Source: an uncultured Poribacteria bacterium
GTDB taxonomy: Bacteria > Poribacteria > WGA-4E > WGA-3G
DNA: 64,000 nt
Assembly: GCA_958296135.2 (NCBI GenBank)
Contig: CATQHZ020000001.1
Location: 3,968,001 to 4,032,000 of the forward strand
Direction: 5' to 3'
Positions 40,783-50,657 of the stretch are shown piece after piece. Position 1 is the first letter of the stretch. Each line of letters begins with the position of its first letter. The notes beneath the pieces are model-generated. The model ran no database searches and had not been told where the DNA came from. It worked only from the letters and a program-made list of their open reading frames with translations. A program made the translations under genes and the position numbers.

Positions 40783-41583
40783 TTATTTCGCCATCAATGC
40801 CCGAATGAAACGGACATCTATCCGCGCCAGATCGATGACGCTATCCACCGGTTCGCCGCTGTATTCGCTATGAAAACTGATGGGCCCGGAGAAGTTTATC
40901 GCCCTCAGCGTGTTAACGGCGGTTTCCCAATCAACGAAGCCTTTGCCCATGCGCACGACTGCGCCGCCTCGCATCCCCGGCGAACGCGCCAGGTCCTTGA
41001 ACGCCATCACAGCAAGATGCGACTTGACAATATCGAGAGCCATGTTAATCGGTTCGCCAACGATGGAGAGGTGCCCAGTGTCAGCGAAAACGCCGACATG
41101 CCGCGCGTCAAACCCCCTGACAAGGTTCATCACGGCACAAGAATTGAGGCCCATGGAGGTCCCGGAATGGTTATGGATGCATGTCCGCGGCCCGTATGCC
41201 TCCGAAAGTTTCGAGAATCCATTAAGTTGGCGATGGATAAAATCGACTTGGTCCCAATAGCCGCCATCGTCGGCGTGCCAGTGCCAATATCCGAGTTTGA
41301 TATTCTCAACGCCCGCTTCGCCCGCCGCGGCGTAGACACGAATTGTCGCCTCATCGGTAGGCTCAAGAAAATCGCCGGGTGTCGTAATTAACGGGATAGA
41401 CAACCCCTCAGCGGCGAACCGTTTTGCAGCGGCAGGCAATGCTGTCGTCGCGTTTTCGGGGTTGACCGGATAGCCGGGGCGCACACACAAATCGGCACCT
41501 TGGACACCTACGGCATGGAGCGCCTTGATAATGTCCGGCACGTCCAAACCTTGTAAGTGCTTTGTGAACATAATAAATTTCAT
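40783..41583 (-). CDS. Sugar phosphate isomerase/epimerase family
   Basis: HNHSG, DTGH, FKD, GKGFVDW, HSEY. Confidence 0.85.
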   Translation of the reverse strand: MKFIMFTKHLQGLDVPDIIKALHAVGVQGADLCVRPGYPVNPENATTALPAAAKRFAAEGLSIPLITTPGDFLEPTDEATIRVYAAAGEAGVENIKLGYWHWHADDGGYWDQVDFIHRQLNGFSKLSEAYGPRTCIHNHSGTSMGLNSCAVMNLVRGFDARHVGVFADTGHLSIVGEPINMALDIVKSHLAVMAFKDLARSPGMRGGAVVRMGKGFVDWETAVNTLRAINFSGPISFHSEYSGEPVDSVIDLARIDVRFIRALMAK

Positions 41584-41595
41584 AACGAAAATCTC

Positions 41596-42699
41596 CTACC
41601 AATCAACGACAGTTCCATCATCAGGGTGGAACGTCTCCGGATTCCGCCAATCGTGGTCGGTCTTGTCTTCAAGCGCATCTTCATCGAGCTCAATGCCCAA
41701 GCCGGGACCGGTCGGTAACTCCACAAACCCGTCTTTGAAGACGAACGGATTCTTCAAATACCCTTCACCGAGCGTGGTGTGTTCCTGCATCAAGAAATTC
41801 GGGATGGAAGCATCGAGTTGGATGCACGCCGCCAGCGAGATCGGGCCGAGGGGGTTGTGCGGTGCAATGCCGGCGTAGTATGCCTCCGCCATGCCTGCGA
41901 TGATGCGAACTTCGTTGATGCCGCCAGCGTGACACAGATCTGGCTGCAGGATGCTCGCCGCCTGCTTCTCCAAGAGCTCACGGAACCCCCACTTCGTGAA
42001 GACGCGCTCGCCGGTAGCGATAGGCAAATGCGTGCCACGCGCGATTTCGGCCAGCATGTCCACGTTTTGACACTGAATCGGCTCCTCCACGAACATCGGT
42101 TGATACGGTTCCAACGCTTTGATCAGCAGCTTGGCGGTTTGCGGGCTAATCGCACCGTGAAAGTCAATCGCAAGATCGATCTCGGGGCCAGCAGCCTCGC
42201 GCAATGCAGCGAAATGGTTCACTGCCCGGTCGACGAAGGCCTTGTTCTCAATAATGCGCGCGGGCCGCCCGCCCGCAACACCGGTTTTAAAGGCCGTAAA
42301 CCCTTTGTCAATCCACGCCTGAATGCCACCCGGGTCGCCGCCGCCCTTGTAAAGTCGGATTTTGTCGCGAGTCGGCCCGCCGAAAAGTTGGTAGACAGGC
42401 ACGCCGAGTGACTTTCCGGCGAGATCCCAGAGTGCCTGTTCTACGCCACTGAGCGCGCTTGTCAGAATCGGGCCGCCGCGATAAAATGCATGCCGATACA
42501 TCGCCTGCCAATGATGGACAACGCGCCTCGGGTCTTCGCCGATGAGGTAAGGCGCGAGCTCGTCAACTGCCTGCGCGCAGGTTTTCGCGCGGCCCTCTAA
42601 AATCGGTTCCCCGAGCCCGACTAATCCCTCATCGGTGTGGATTTTGAGAAAGAGCCAGCGCGGCTGCACTAAAAAGGTTTCCAATTTGGTAATCTTCAT
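41596..42699 (-). CDS. dgoD: Galactonate dehydratase
   Basis: PRWLFLKIHTDEG, FYRGGPIL, DFHG, EEP, TGER, APHNPLGP, DGTVVDW. Confidence 0.88.
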   Translation of the reverse strand: MKITKLETFLVQPRWLFLKIHTDEGLVGLGEPILEGRAKTCAQAVDELAPYLIGEDPRRVVHHWQAMYRHAFYRGGPILTSALSGVEQALWDLAGKSLGVPVYQLFGGPTRDKIRLYKGGGDPGGIQAWIDKGFTAFKTGVAGGRPARIIENKAFVDRAVNHFAALREAAGPEIDLAIDFHGAISPQTAKLLIKALEPYQPMFVEEPIQCQNVDMLAEIARGTHLPIATGERVFTKWGFRELLEKQAASILQPDLCHAGGINEVRIIAGMAEAYYAGIAPHNPLGPISLAACIQLDASIPNFLMQEHTTLGEGYLKNPFVFKDGFVELPTGPGLGIELDEDALEDKTDHDWRNPETFHPDDGTVVDW

Positions 42700-42763
42700 G
42701 GAGGTGCCTCAAATCGGTTGTTTTGGCTTTACGTATTATGTTATCATTTTGGGCTCAATTTTG

Positions 42764-44092
42764 TCAACATATTTTTTCAAAAAGATAATGCCGCAGATAC
42801 ACCAACGTCCGTTCGACTGCCCCCAAATTCTCTTCAATCACCTGCTTCCCAACTTTCCCTGCCGCCATTCGCGCCGCTTCGTCAGACAGCCATTCGGTGA
42901 TGGCAGCCGCCAGCTGCGGTGCGGTATGCACCCTCTTCGCCGAGCCTCTCTCCAAGAGCAGAGATGCCTCATAAGCGTTATGGATAGTCGGCCCGAACAA
43001 GACCGGCTTGGCCATCGCCGCGGGCTCCATCACATTATGCACGCTGCCGCGAAAACTGCCGCCGACGAACGCAATGTCTGCCAACCGATAAAGTCTCGCA
43101 AGATGCCCCACCGAGTCAACCACAATTGTAACGACTTCTGATAAATTTGTCCCAGGTGCTAGTTCTGAGAAACAACGGTAGGTTAATCCCTGTTTCTCCA
43201 ATTTTGCGCGAATTTCGGCTATCCGTTCCGGTGTCGGTTCATGCGGCACGAGAATCAGGTGAGGAACAGGCGCGCGCGCCGAGCGCGCCTGTTCACGCAG
43301 CAGTTGATATGCTTCCAACAATACCTCTTCTTCCTCCGAATAAGTGCTACCGGCGATGAAGATAGGATGTCTCAAAGTGGCTTGCCCTGGAAAAAACTCA
43401 GCGGCTGGTTCAATCGCCGTGGCGCGACGGTAGACCTGCTCGTAACGGGTATCCCCAGTGACGACAATCTGGTTTCTCGGGGAAGCGTGTTTGCCGGTTG
43501 CACACAACTGCTCAAACCGCGCCGCGTCTTCTTCAGAAATGGCACAATGCAACGTAATATGCCGATGCACACGCCTGAAAAACGGTCTCGCGAGGAGAGA
43601 TAGCCGATTCGATTTGGCATGCAACGTCCCCGCCACGACGACGCTAGGAATGCCCCGTTCGGATGCCTTCCACACGAGGTTGGGCCAAATATCAAATTTG
43701 GAAAATACCACGATGGAGGGAGCGATGAGACGCATCAAACGTTCGGCGTTTGAACCGGTGTCTAAAGGCAGGTAAATGGCCGCATCGGCGTACGGATATT
43801 TGCTGACATTCGGCGCGACAGAAGGTGAGAAAAAAGTCAGCACGATCCGCGCCTCCGCGTAAATCGCCTCAATGAGCGGTTTCGCCTGTTCAAATTCACC
43901 CACAGAAGTGAAGTGAAACCAGGCCGTGCGCTTGAGGTCCCGGGCAGAACGGAGCTGCGTCTCCAGCCGCTCAAAACCACCTTTCCGGCCGCTGATGCCC
44001 TCCCGAATTTTAGGGTTGTAATAACCTGCGGCGTGAAACCCGACGAATATCGCCGGAACAGCGAGCGCGTTGTAAATAAATCGCCAGAACAT
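42764..44092 (-). CDS. waaA: 3-deoxy-D-manno-octulosonic acid transferase
   Basis: WFHFTSVGEFE, YLPLD, IWPNL, GDTR, AGST, AFVGGSF..HNVMEPA. Confidence 0.92.
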   Translation of the reverse strand: MFWRFIYNALAVPAIFVGFHAAGYYNPKIREGISGRKGGFERLETQLRSARDLKRTAWFHFTSVGEFEQAKPLIEAIYAEARIVLTFFSPSVAPNVSKYPYADAAIYLPLDTGSNAERLMRLIAPSIVVFSKFDIWPNLVWKASERGIPSVVVAGTLHAKSNRLSLLARPFFRRVHRHITLHCAISEEDAARFEQLCATGKHASPRNQIVVTGDTRYEQVYRRATAIEPAAEFFPGQATLRHPIFIAGSTYSEEEEVLLEAYQLLREQARSARAPVPHLILVPHEPTPERIAEIRAKLEKQGLTYRCFSELAPGTNLSEVVTIVVDSVGHLARLYRLADIAFVGGSFRGSVHNVMEPAAMAKPVLFGPTIHNAYEASLLLERGSAKRVHTAPQLAAAITEWLSDEAARMAAGKVGKQVIEENLGAVERTLVYLRHYLFEKIC

Positions 44093-44225
44093 GGGGGTGC
44101 CTATAGAGATGGTGCGAAATCGGACGCAAGGACTTACGCCGAAACAGCCCCGGGAGTCGCAGTGACAAACCGCGACTACCGGAACGCGAAGCTGCGTAAG
44201 TCCTATACGTAAACGGTGTGAGGGA

Positions 44226-44552
44226 TTAGAGCGCGTCTAAGATTTTCTTCTTGAGGGCCTCTTTGGGCATCGCGCCAACGATCTGCCCCGCCACCTTCTC
44301 GCCTTTGAAGACGAGGAGCGTCGGGATGCTCCGTACGCCGTACTGCATCGCCGACTGGCGGTTGTCATCAACGTTGAGCTTCCCGACTTTGAAGGTGTCC
44401 GCGTTCTCCGCAGCGAGCTCCTCCAAAATCGGCGCAATCATCTTGCACGGGCCGCACCATTCCGCCCAGAAGTCAACAACAACAGGCGTATCTGACTCAA
44501 GCACCATGCCCTTAAAGGTGGCATCACTGATTTCAAACGTATTTCCTGACAT
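44226..44552 (-). CDS. trxA: Thioredoxin
   Basis: WCGPC, SIPTL. Confidence 0.97.
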   Translation of the reverse strand: MSGNTFEISDATFKGMVLESDTPVVVDFWAEWCGPCKMIAPILEELAAENADTFKVGKLNVDDNRQSAMQYGVRSIPTLLVFKGEKVAGQIVGAMPKEALKKKILDAL

Positions 44553-44756
44553 GAGAATCTCCTATTTCAGTAAATAAAATCGATTTTTTTGTATGCCGCA
44601 AAGCGTCAGAACAGCAACGCTGCCTGCAATAATAGCACGAACGCTACTGAACAACACCTTGTGAAGTCCAAAAACACGGACTTCCGTATCTGCGCGTTTT
44701 ACGAATCAACGCATTAATTAGGATACCCTATTCCAAAAATAATTGCCACAAAAAAT

Positions 44757-44785
44757 TTGACATCCAACTCATTTTATGATATTCT
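44757..44785 (+). promoter_or_regulatory. sigma70 promoter
   Basis: TTGACA-17-TATTCT with extended TG. Confidence 0.6.
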
Positions 44786-44837
44786 TAATAGAAGCACTCC
44801 TATATGATGAGGCCTTAACACGAAAGGAGGAAGAAAA

Positions 44838-45251
44838 ATGCGGCATACAACAGAGATTAAACTCGCCAACTTGGCAGATCTGATTAGAGCCCAAGATGGC
44901 ACTATCAAACCCGAAGAAGTTCGGAGCCTCACCGTCGAAGACGCACTCGTTGATACCGGCGCGAGTCGCTTGTCCTTACCGAAACCGATTATCGAACAAC
45001 TCGGGCTAGTCGCCGTCGGACGGATGCCGTCGAAGACTGCGAACGGCACCGTGAATCGGACTATCTATTCCGGCGTTGAATTTACCATACTGGGACGCTC
45101 GGACATCATCCAGGTAACAGATTTGCCCGCGGACGCGCCCGTACTCGTCGGACATATCATCTTGGAAAAACTCGACCTTAATCTTCACATTGTGAAGGGG
45201 TTAATCTACAATCCAGACCACGGTAACGAATGGATTGACGAAGCGTGGTAA
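44838..45251 (+). CDS. Retropepsin-like (clan AA) aspartic protease
   Basis: ALVDTGA, TANG, VLVG..ILE; AGGAGG SD. Confidence 0.85.
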   Translation: MRHTTEIKLANLADLIRAQDGTIKPEEVRSLTVEDALVDTGASRLSLPKPIIEQLGLVAVGRMPSKTANGTVNRTIYSGVEFTILGRSDIIQVTDLPADAPVLVGHIILEKLDLNLHIVKGLIYNPDHGNEWIDEAW

Positions 45252-45353
45252 GCATTATCTCCCCCGCGAAACGGAATATCGATGCCAGCAAATTTTTTGC
45301 TGGACAAAAAAAGCCAAACGTGATAAATTTGTTTAAACACAAGGAGGAGACTC

Positions 45354-46016
45354 ATGGCAGACAAAAAGCAGAGCCCGAAAGAGAACGCGGCTGAGAAACC
45401 GGGGAAAACCACTATCTCGCGCCGGAATTTCCTGAAAGGGGTAGGCACCGGTACCGTCGCCGCTGCAGTTGCCCCGACGGTTCTCATCGGTGCTGAGAAA
45501 GCCGCGGAAGCCCAAATGGGCGAGGCAATCACTAGCGCGACGATTCAACTGAACATCAACGCGAAGACGTACGAAGTAGAAGTCGAACCGCGCACGACAT
45601 TGTTGACGGTGCTGCGCGATGGCATCGACACCCGCGGTAACCACGTTGATTTGACCGGGGCTAAACTCATCTGCGACCGGGGCGAATGCGGCGGTTGCAC
45701 GGTGATGGTAGATGGCACATCCGTTTACGCCTGCATGATGCTCGCGATTGATGCGCAAGGCAAGCAGATAACGACTGTCGAGGGACTCGCAGAGGGCGAT
45801 ACCCTGCATCCCGTGCAAGAGGCGTTCATCCAACACGACGCACTGATGTGCGGTTTCTGCACACCGGGTTTCGTCGTCTCCGCGGCATCACTACTGAGCG
45901 AAAACAAGAAACCGACGCTCGAAGAGATTAAGATGGGGTTGTCAGGCAACACCTGTCGTTGCGGCACTTACCCCTTCATCTTTGACGCAGTGAAAACCGC
46001 CGCACGGAAGATGTAG
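45354..46016 (+). CDS. (2Fe-2S) subunit of a xanthine-dehydrogenase-family enzyme, Tat signal (PaoA/YagT-like)
   Basis: SRRNFLK, CDRGECGGC, CGFC, CRC. Confidence 0.92.
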   Translation: MADKKQSPKENAAEKPGKTTISRRNFLKGVGTGTVAAAVAPTVLIGAEKAAEAQMGEAITSATIQLNINAKTYEVEVEPRTTLLTVLRDGIDTRGNHVDLTGAKLICDRGECGGCTVMVDGTSVYACMMLAIDAQGKQITTVEGLAEGDTLHPVQEAFIQHDALMCGFCTPGFVVSAASLLSENKKPTLEEIKMGLSGNTCRCGTYPFIFDAVKTAARKM

Positions 46017-46068
46017 CGGGTGGCTATAGAATCCCCACCCTTACATCCCGTGGGCAAGGAGGTTAACG

Positions 46069-48189
46069 ATGGCATCATGGGGAGAAGCAAGTGAATCGCG
46101 CCTCATCGGCAAACGGGTAACACGTTTGTCCGGTAAGGACAAAGTTACAGGCAAAGCGAAGTATACCTTTGACATCAACCGACCGGGGATGCTTTATGGA
46201 CGCGTCCTGCGTTCCGAAGTCCCGCACGCCACCGTGAAGGGCATCGATACGCGTGCCGCCGAGGCACTGCCCGGTGTCAAAGCCGTTATCCCGTTGATTG
46301 AAATCGGGAAGAAACTCCGCTACCAAGGACAGGAAATCGCCGCTGTCGCCGCGGAAACCGATGACATCGCGAAGGACGCACTCCGATTAATTCAAGTAGA
46401 CATGGAGGAATTGCCCTTCGTTGTCACGGAATCAGACGCAATGGCGGAAGGCGCGCCGCAAATTCGCGAGGATTGGAACGGCAATCAGAGCAACCCGAAT
46501 ATCCGCGAGGAAGGCACACTCGAAGCAGGCTTCAAGGAAGCCGCCGTTGAGGTGGAAGCCACTTACCACACGCCTGTCCAAACGCACGTCTGCTTGGAAA
46601 CGCATGGACATGTCGCTGAGTGGCAAGACGAACAGAACCTAACCGTGTGGGCATCCACACAGGCGGTGTTCGGCACGCGCAATGATCTTGCGCAGCACTT
46701 TGAGCTGCCCGCGAACCAAGTGCGCGTCATTACCGAGCACATGGGCGGCGGCTTCGGCAGTAAATTCGGACCGGGGATGGAAGGACACGCCGCCGCGGAA
46801 CTATCCCGCATCACCGGCACAGCGGTGAAACTGATGCTGACGCGGAAAGATGAGCATCTTGTCGCCGGTAATCGGCCCTCAATGACGCAGCACGTGCGCG
46901 CAGGGGCGACAAGCGACGGACGGCTCATCGCCTACGATATGCGCGGCCACGGCACCGGCGGTATCTCTAGCGGCGCGGGGTTCCAAGCCCCCTACGTCTA
47001 TCACGTCCCGAATTTCCGAACCGAAAAAGTGAACGTCGCTGTCAACGCCGGCAACCAACGCGCAATGCGCGCACCAGGGCACCCGCAAGGCGCGTTCGCA
47101 ATGGACTGCCTAATGGATGAACTCGCCGAGAAACTGGGCATGAATCCACTAGAATTCCGCCGTATCAACGACACCAGTGAAGTCCGCCAAGCACAATACA
47201 CGCTCGGGGCACAAGAGATTGGCTGGCATCGTAGGAACAGCATGCCAGGCTCCGGCACCAGCGTGAAGAAACGGGGCATGGGACTCGGCAGTGGACGCTG
47301 GGGCGGCGGCGGTGGACGCGGCACCGAGGCGCGCGTTACCATCAATGCTGATGGCACGGTTGAGGCAGTCACCGGTACACAAGACCTCGGGACCGGCATC
47401 CGCACCGCCATCGCGATTATTGTCGCCGAAGAATTCGGCCTTGCGCCAACCGATATTACCGTCAAAGTCGGCGATAGCGCGCCCGGATTACCCTCCGGCG
47501 GCAGCGGCGGAAGCCAGACGACTGCATCTGTCGCCCCGGTCATCAAAACAGCGGCGGCGGCGGCGAAACAGAAACTGTTTGAGCGCATCGCGCCCCTGCT
47601 AGCGGCACCGGTGGAAGAATTGCGCGTCGGCACCGGCACCATCTATGTCGTCTCCGACCGGACGAAGACAATCACCTGGGCACAGGCGACAGGACAGCTC
47701 GGCATGGAGAGCATCAGCGAAGGCGGACAGTGGGACGAAGAACTCCGCCAAGGCGGTGTCGCAGGCACGCAGTTCGCTGAAGTAGAAGTGGATACGGAAA
47801 CGGGAACCATCAAGGTGCTTAAAATTGTCGCCATCCACGATTGCGGCTTAGCCATCAACCGGCTGACAACCGAGAGTCAGATTAACGGCGGCGTTATCAT
47901 GGGGCTCGGGCAGGCATTGCTCGAAGAACGCTTCATGGACGCGCAAACCGGACGGATGATGAACGCCAATCTTGAGGACTACAAAGTCCCCGGCACTTTC
48001 GAGATACCGGAGATTAAATCGATCGTTTTCGACACGCACCGGAAGGTCACGGGTATCGGCGAACCGCCGTGTATTCCAACACTCGGTGCCATCGCGAACG
48101 CGGTTTACAACGCCATCGGGGTCCGCATCCGGGAACTGCCGTTGACACCGGACAAAGTCCTCAGTGCCCTCGCTGAGAAGAAGGCGTAA
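46069..48189 (+). CDS. Molybdopterin-binding subunit (PaoC/YagR-like)
   Basis: GGGFGSK, MRAPG, QINGG, GIGEPP. Confidence 0.92.
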   Translation: MASWGEASESRLIGKRVTRLSGKDKVTGKAKYTFDINRPGMLYGRVLRSEVPHATVKGIDTRAAEALPGVKAVIPLIEIGKKLRYQGQEIAAVAAETDDIAKDALRLIQVDMEELPFVVTESDAMAEGAPQIREDWNGNQSNPNIREEGTLEAGFKEAAVEVEATYHTPVQTHVCLETHGHVAEWQDEQNLTVWASTQAVFGTRNDLAQHFELPANQVRVITEHMGGGFGSKFGPGMEGHAAAELSRITGTAVKLMLTRKDEHLVAGNRPSMTQHVRAGATSDGRLIAYDMRGHGTGGISSGAGFQAPYVYHVPNFRTEKVNVAVNAGNQRAMRAPGHPQGAFAMDCLMDELAEKLGMNPLEFRRINDTSEVRQAQYTLGAQEIGWHRRNSMPGSGTSVKKRGMGLGSGRWGGGGGRGTEARVTINADGTVEAVTGTQDLGTGIRTAIAIIVAEEFGLAPTDITVKVGDSAPGLPSGGSGGSQTTASVAPVIKTAAAAAKQKLFERIAPLLAAPVEELRVGTGTIYVVSDRTKTITWAQATGQLGMESISEGGQWDEELRQGGVAGTQFAEVEVDTETGTIKVLKIVAIHDCGLAINRLTTESQINGGVIMGLGQALLEERFMDAQTGRMMNANLEDYKVPGTFEIPEIKSIVFDTHRKVTGIGEPPCIPTLGAIANAVYNAIGVRIRELPLTPDKVLSALAEKKA

Positions 48190-48315
48190 AGGAGAGAACT
48201 TGCGCACACCTCACACTTTGCCGCGCGGCGCGCTTTGCAAGCGCGCACGCGGTGAAGCGCGCGGGGACAAACCGCGACCACGAATGGTGCCGCGTAAGTT
48301 CAAAGGAGAGACGCA

Positions 48316-49299
48316 ATGGAAAAATTTAGTTACGTCAACGCGACGAACCTTGAGCAAGTCACCTCCCTGCTGAACGACAGCGGGTGGGGAGAGGTGATGG
48401 TAATCGCCGGCGGCACAGACCTGCTCGGCGAACTCAAGGAATACGTTGAAACCCCCAAGACGCTGGTGAATCTGAAGACGCTGCCGGGGATGGACAGCAT
48501 CGCAGCGGATGCTACCGGCCTGAAAATCGGCGCGTTAACCACCGTCGCTGACATCGCAATGCACCCAACGATTCAGCGTCATTACACCGTGCTGGCGCAG
48601 GCGGCGGCATCTGTCGCCACCCCACAGATTCGGAACGTCGGCACGCTCGGCGGCAACCTCTGTCAACGCCCGCGCTGCTGGTATTATCGCGACGAAACCG
48701 TCGACTGCCTTAAGAAGGGCGGCGAGATTTGCTATGCCGTTGAAGGGTTGAACAAATACCACGCCATTCTCGGGGGTGACCCGGTTTATATCGTGCATCC
48801 ATCCGACATCGCACCGGCGTTAATCGCCTTGGGCGCGACGATTAAAATTGCCGGGCCCGAAGGCGAGAAGACGATGGCAGTTGAGGAATTCTTCACCCTG
48901 CCTGCGACGAACCCGTTCCGGGAGAACGTGCTTGAACCGAACGAAATCGTCGTTGAGGTGCAGGTGCCGCAGCCGAAACCGAACACGAAGAGCCTCTATC
49001 TGAAAGCGCGAGAGAAAGGCGCGCCAGACTTCGCACTAGCGAGTGTCGCTGGCGTGTTCGAGATGTCAGGCAGCACCTGTAACACCGCCAGCATCGTTCT
49101 GGGCGGCGTTGCCCCTGCGCCTTGGCGTTCTAAAGAGGCAGAAGCCGCGCTCACCGGCAAGATGATTAGCGAGGCTGTCAGCAAGCAGGCAGGCGCAGAT
49201 GCCGTCAAGGACGCGCAGCCCTTGAACGACAACGAGTATAAGGTAGTATTAACCCAGAATCTTATCAGCCGTGCCGCGATGATGGCGGCGCACGCATAG
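48316..49299 (+). CDS. FAD-binding subunit (PaoB/YagS-like)
   Basis: AGGTDL, QIRNVGTLGGNLCQRPRCWYYR, CLKKGG..C. Confidence 0.92.
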   Translation: MEKFSYVNATNLEQVTSLLNDSGWGEVMVIAGGTDLLGELKEYVETPKTLVNLKTLPGMDSIAADATGLKIGALTTVADIAMHPTIQRHYTVLAQAAASVATPQIRNVGTLGGNLCQRPRCWYYRDETVDCLKKGGEICYAVEGLNKYHAILGGDPVYIVHPSDIAPALIALGATIKIAGPEGEKTMAVEEFFTLPATNPFRENVLEPNEIVVEVQVPQPKPNTKSLYLKAREKGAPDFALASVAGVFEMSGSTCNTASIVLGGVAPAPWRSKEAEAALTGKMISEAVSKQAGADAVKDAQPLNDNEYKVVLTQNLISRAAMMAAHA

Positions 49300-49308
49300 G
49301 AGGCAGAC

Positions 49309-49548
49309 ATGACTCAAGCCAAACCTTTGCCCCTTCTCAGTCGCCCGATATGCCAGTATCTCCGGACGAAGGCGATTTACATTCCCGGGGGCAACTTACA
49401 GAATTTGGTTGAAACGAACCCGGAATCGCATTATTGGTGCAATTGCACGATGCAGGTAGTCGGCCCGGATGACCGGTTTGTGGCACCGGATGCGTGTAAG
49501 CAATCGCGTGCCTGTTTCATCCCCGTCGGCGGAAAACCGGTTGTGTAG
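49309..49548 (+). CDS. Small Cys-rich hypothetical protein
   Basis: AGGAGG SD overlapping the upstream stop; C..LRTK, YWCNCT..GPDD..C...RAC. Confidence 0.7.
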   Translation: MTQAKPLPLLSRPICQYLRTKAIYIPGGNLQNLVETNPESHYWCNCTMQVVGPDDRFVAPDACKQSRACFIPVGGKPVV

Positions 49549-49565
49549 AGAACGACGTTCACTTC

Positions 49566-50640
49566 ACCGTAGGGCGAGGGCCCGGCGAGCACGAATCGCC
49601 GAGGGTTTCCCTCGCCATGCAGCGCGCGTTCCTTTCACCGTAGGGCGAGGTCTTGTGCCTCGCCATGTACCGATCGCATCAGAAAACAGCCGAAGCCCAG
49701 AGGCCCCGGACGGTTCTCTATCGATCGAAGGATCGCGAGGGACAGTGGACATCTCTGCAGCGAGGCGGCAGAGATGATAGCGTTTCGGCGTGACGGCCCT
49801 CGCGCTACGGTAGCGAGAAGCGAATCGGCACCGCAGCCCGTAGGGCGAGGGCCCGGCGATCACGAATCGCCGAGGGTTTCCCTCGCCAGGCATCGCGCGT
49901 TCCTTTCACCGTAGGGCGAGGTCTTGTGCCTCGCCATGAAGCGATCGCATCAGAAAACAGCCGAAGCCCAGAGGCCCCGGACGGTTCTCTATCGATCGAA
50001 GGATCGCGAGGGACAGGCCCTCGCGCTACGGTAGTGAGAAGCGAATCGGCACCGCAGCCCGTAGGGCGAGGGCCCGGCGATCACGAATCGCCGAGGGTTT
50101 CCCTCGCCAGGCATCGCGCGTTCCTTTCACCGTAGGGCGAGGTCTTGTGCCTCGCCATGAAGCGATCGCATCAGAAAACAGCCGAAGCCCAGAGGCCCCG
50201 GACGGTTCTCTATCGATCGAAGGATCGCGAGGGACAGGCCCTCGCGCTACGGGGACTAAAAATGCCGCTCAAACCGTAGGGCGAGGTCTTGTGCCTCGCC
50301 ATGCACCGATCGTATCAGAAAGCCTTCGCGGCCTCGGGGTTGTAAGCGTTTTCCGGTCAGGTCGAGGAGTCGCGAGGGACAGTGGACATCTCTGCAGCGA
50401 GGCGGCAGAGATGATAGCGTTTCGGCGTAACGGCCCTCGCCCTACGGTGAAAGGGCCGGTTTCCGTGTCGTTGAGAGATCGCGGGGCCTGTTCCCTCGCG
50501 CTTCAGTAGGAGAGACCTCTGGTCTCGACAGTAGGAGGGACATCCCGGTCCCGACAGTAGGAGGGACATCCCGGTCCCGACATCTTCAGTAGGAGAGACC
50601 TCTGGTCTCGACAGTAGGAGGGACATCCCGGTCCCGATAC
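49566..50640. repeat. Mosaic REP array (BIME-like), 271/221-bp units
   Basis: Unit marker cctttcaccgtagggcgagg at 49631, 49902 and 50123; GTAGGAG-type REPs at 50506-50638. Confidence 0.92.
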
Positions 50641-50657
50641 CCAAAAGGAGAAATTCA

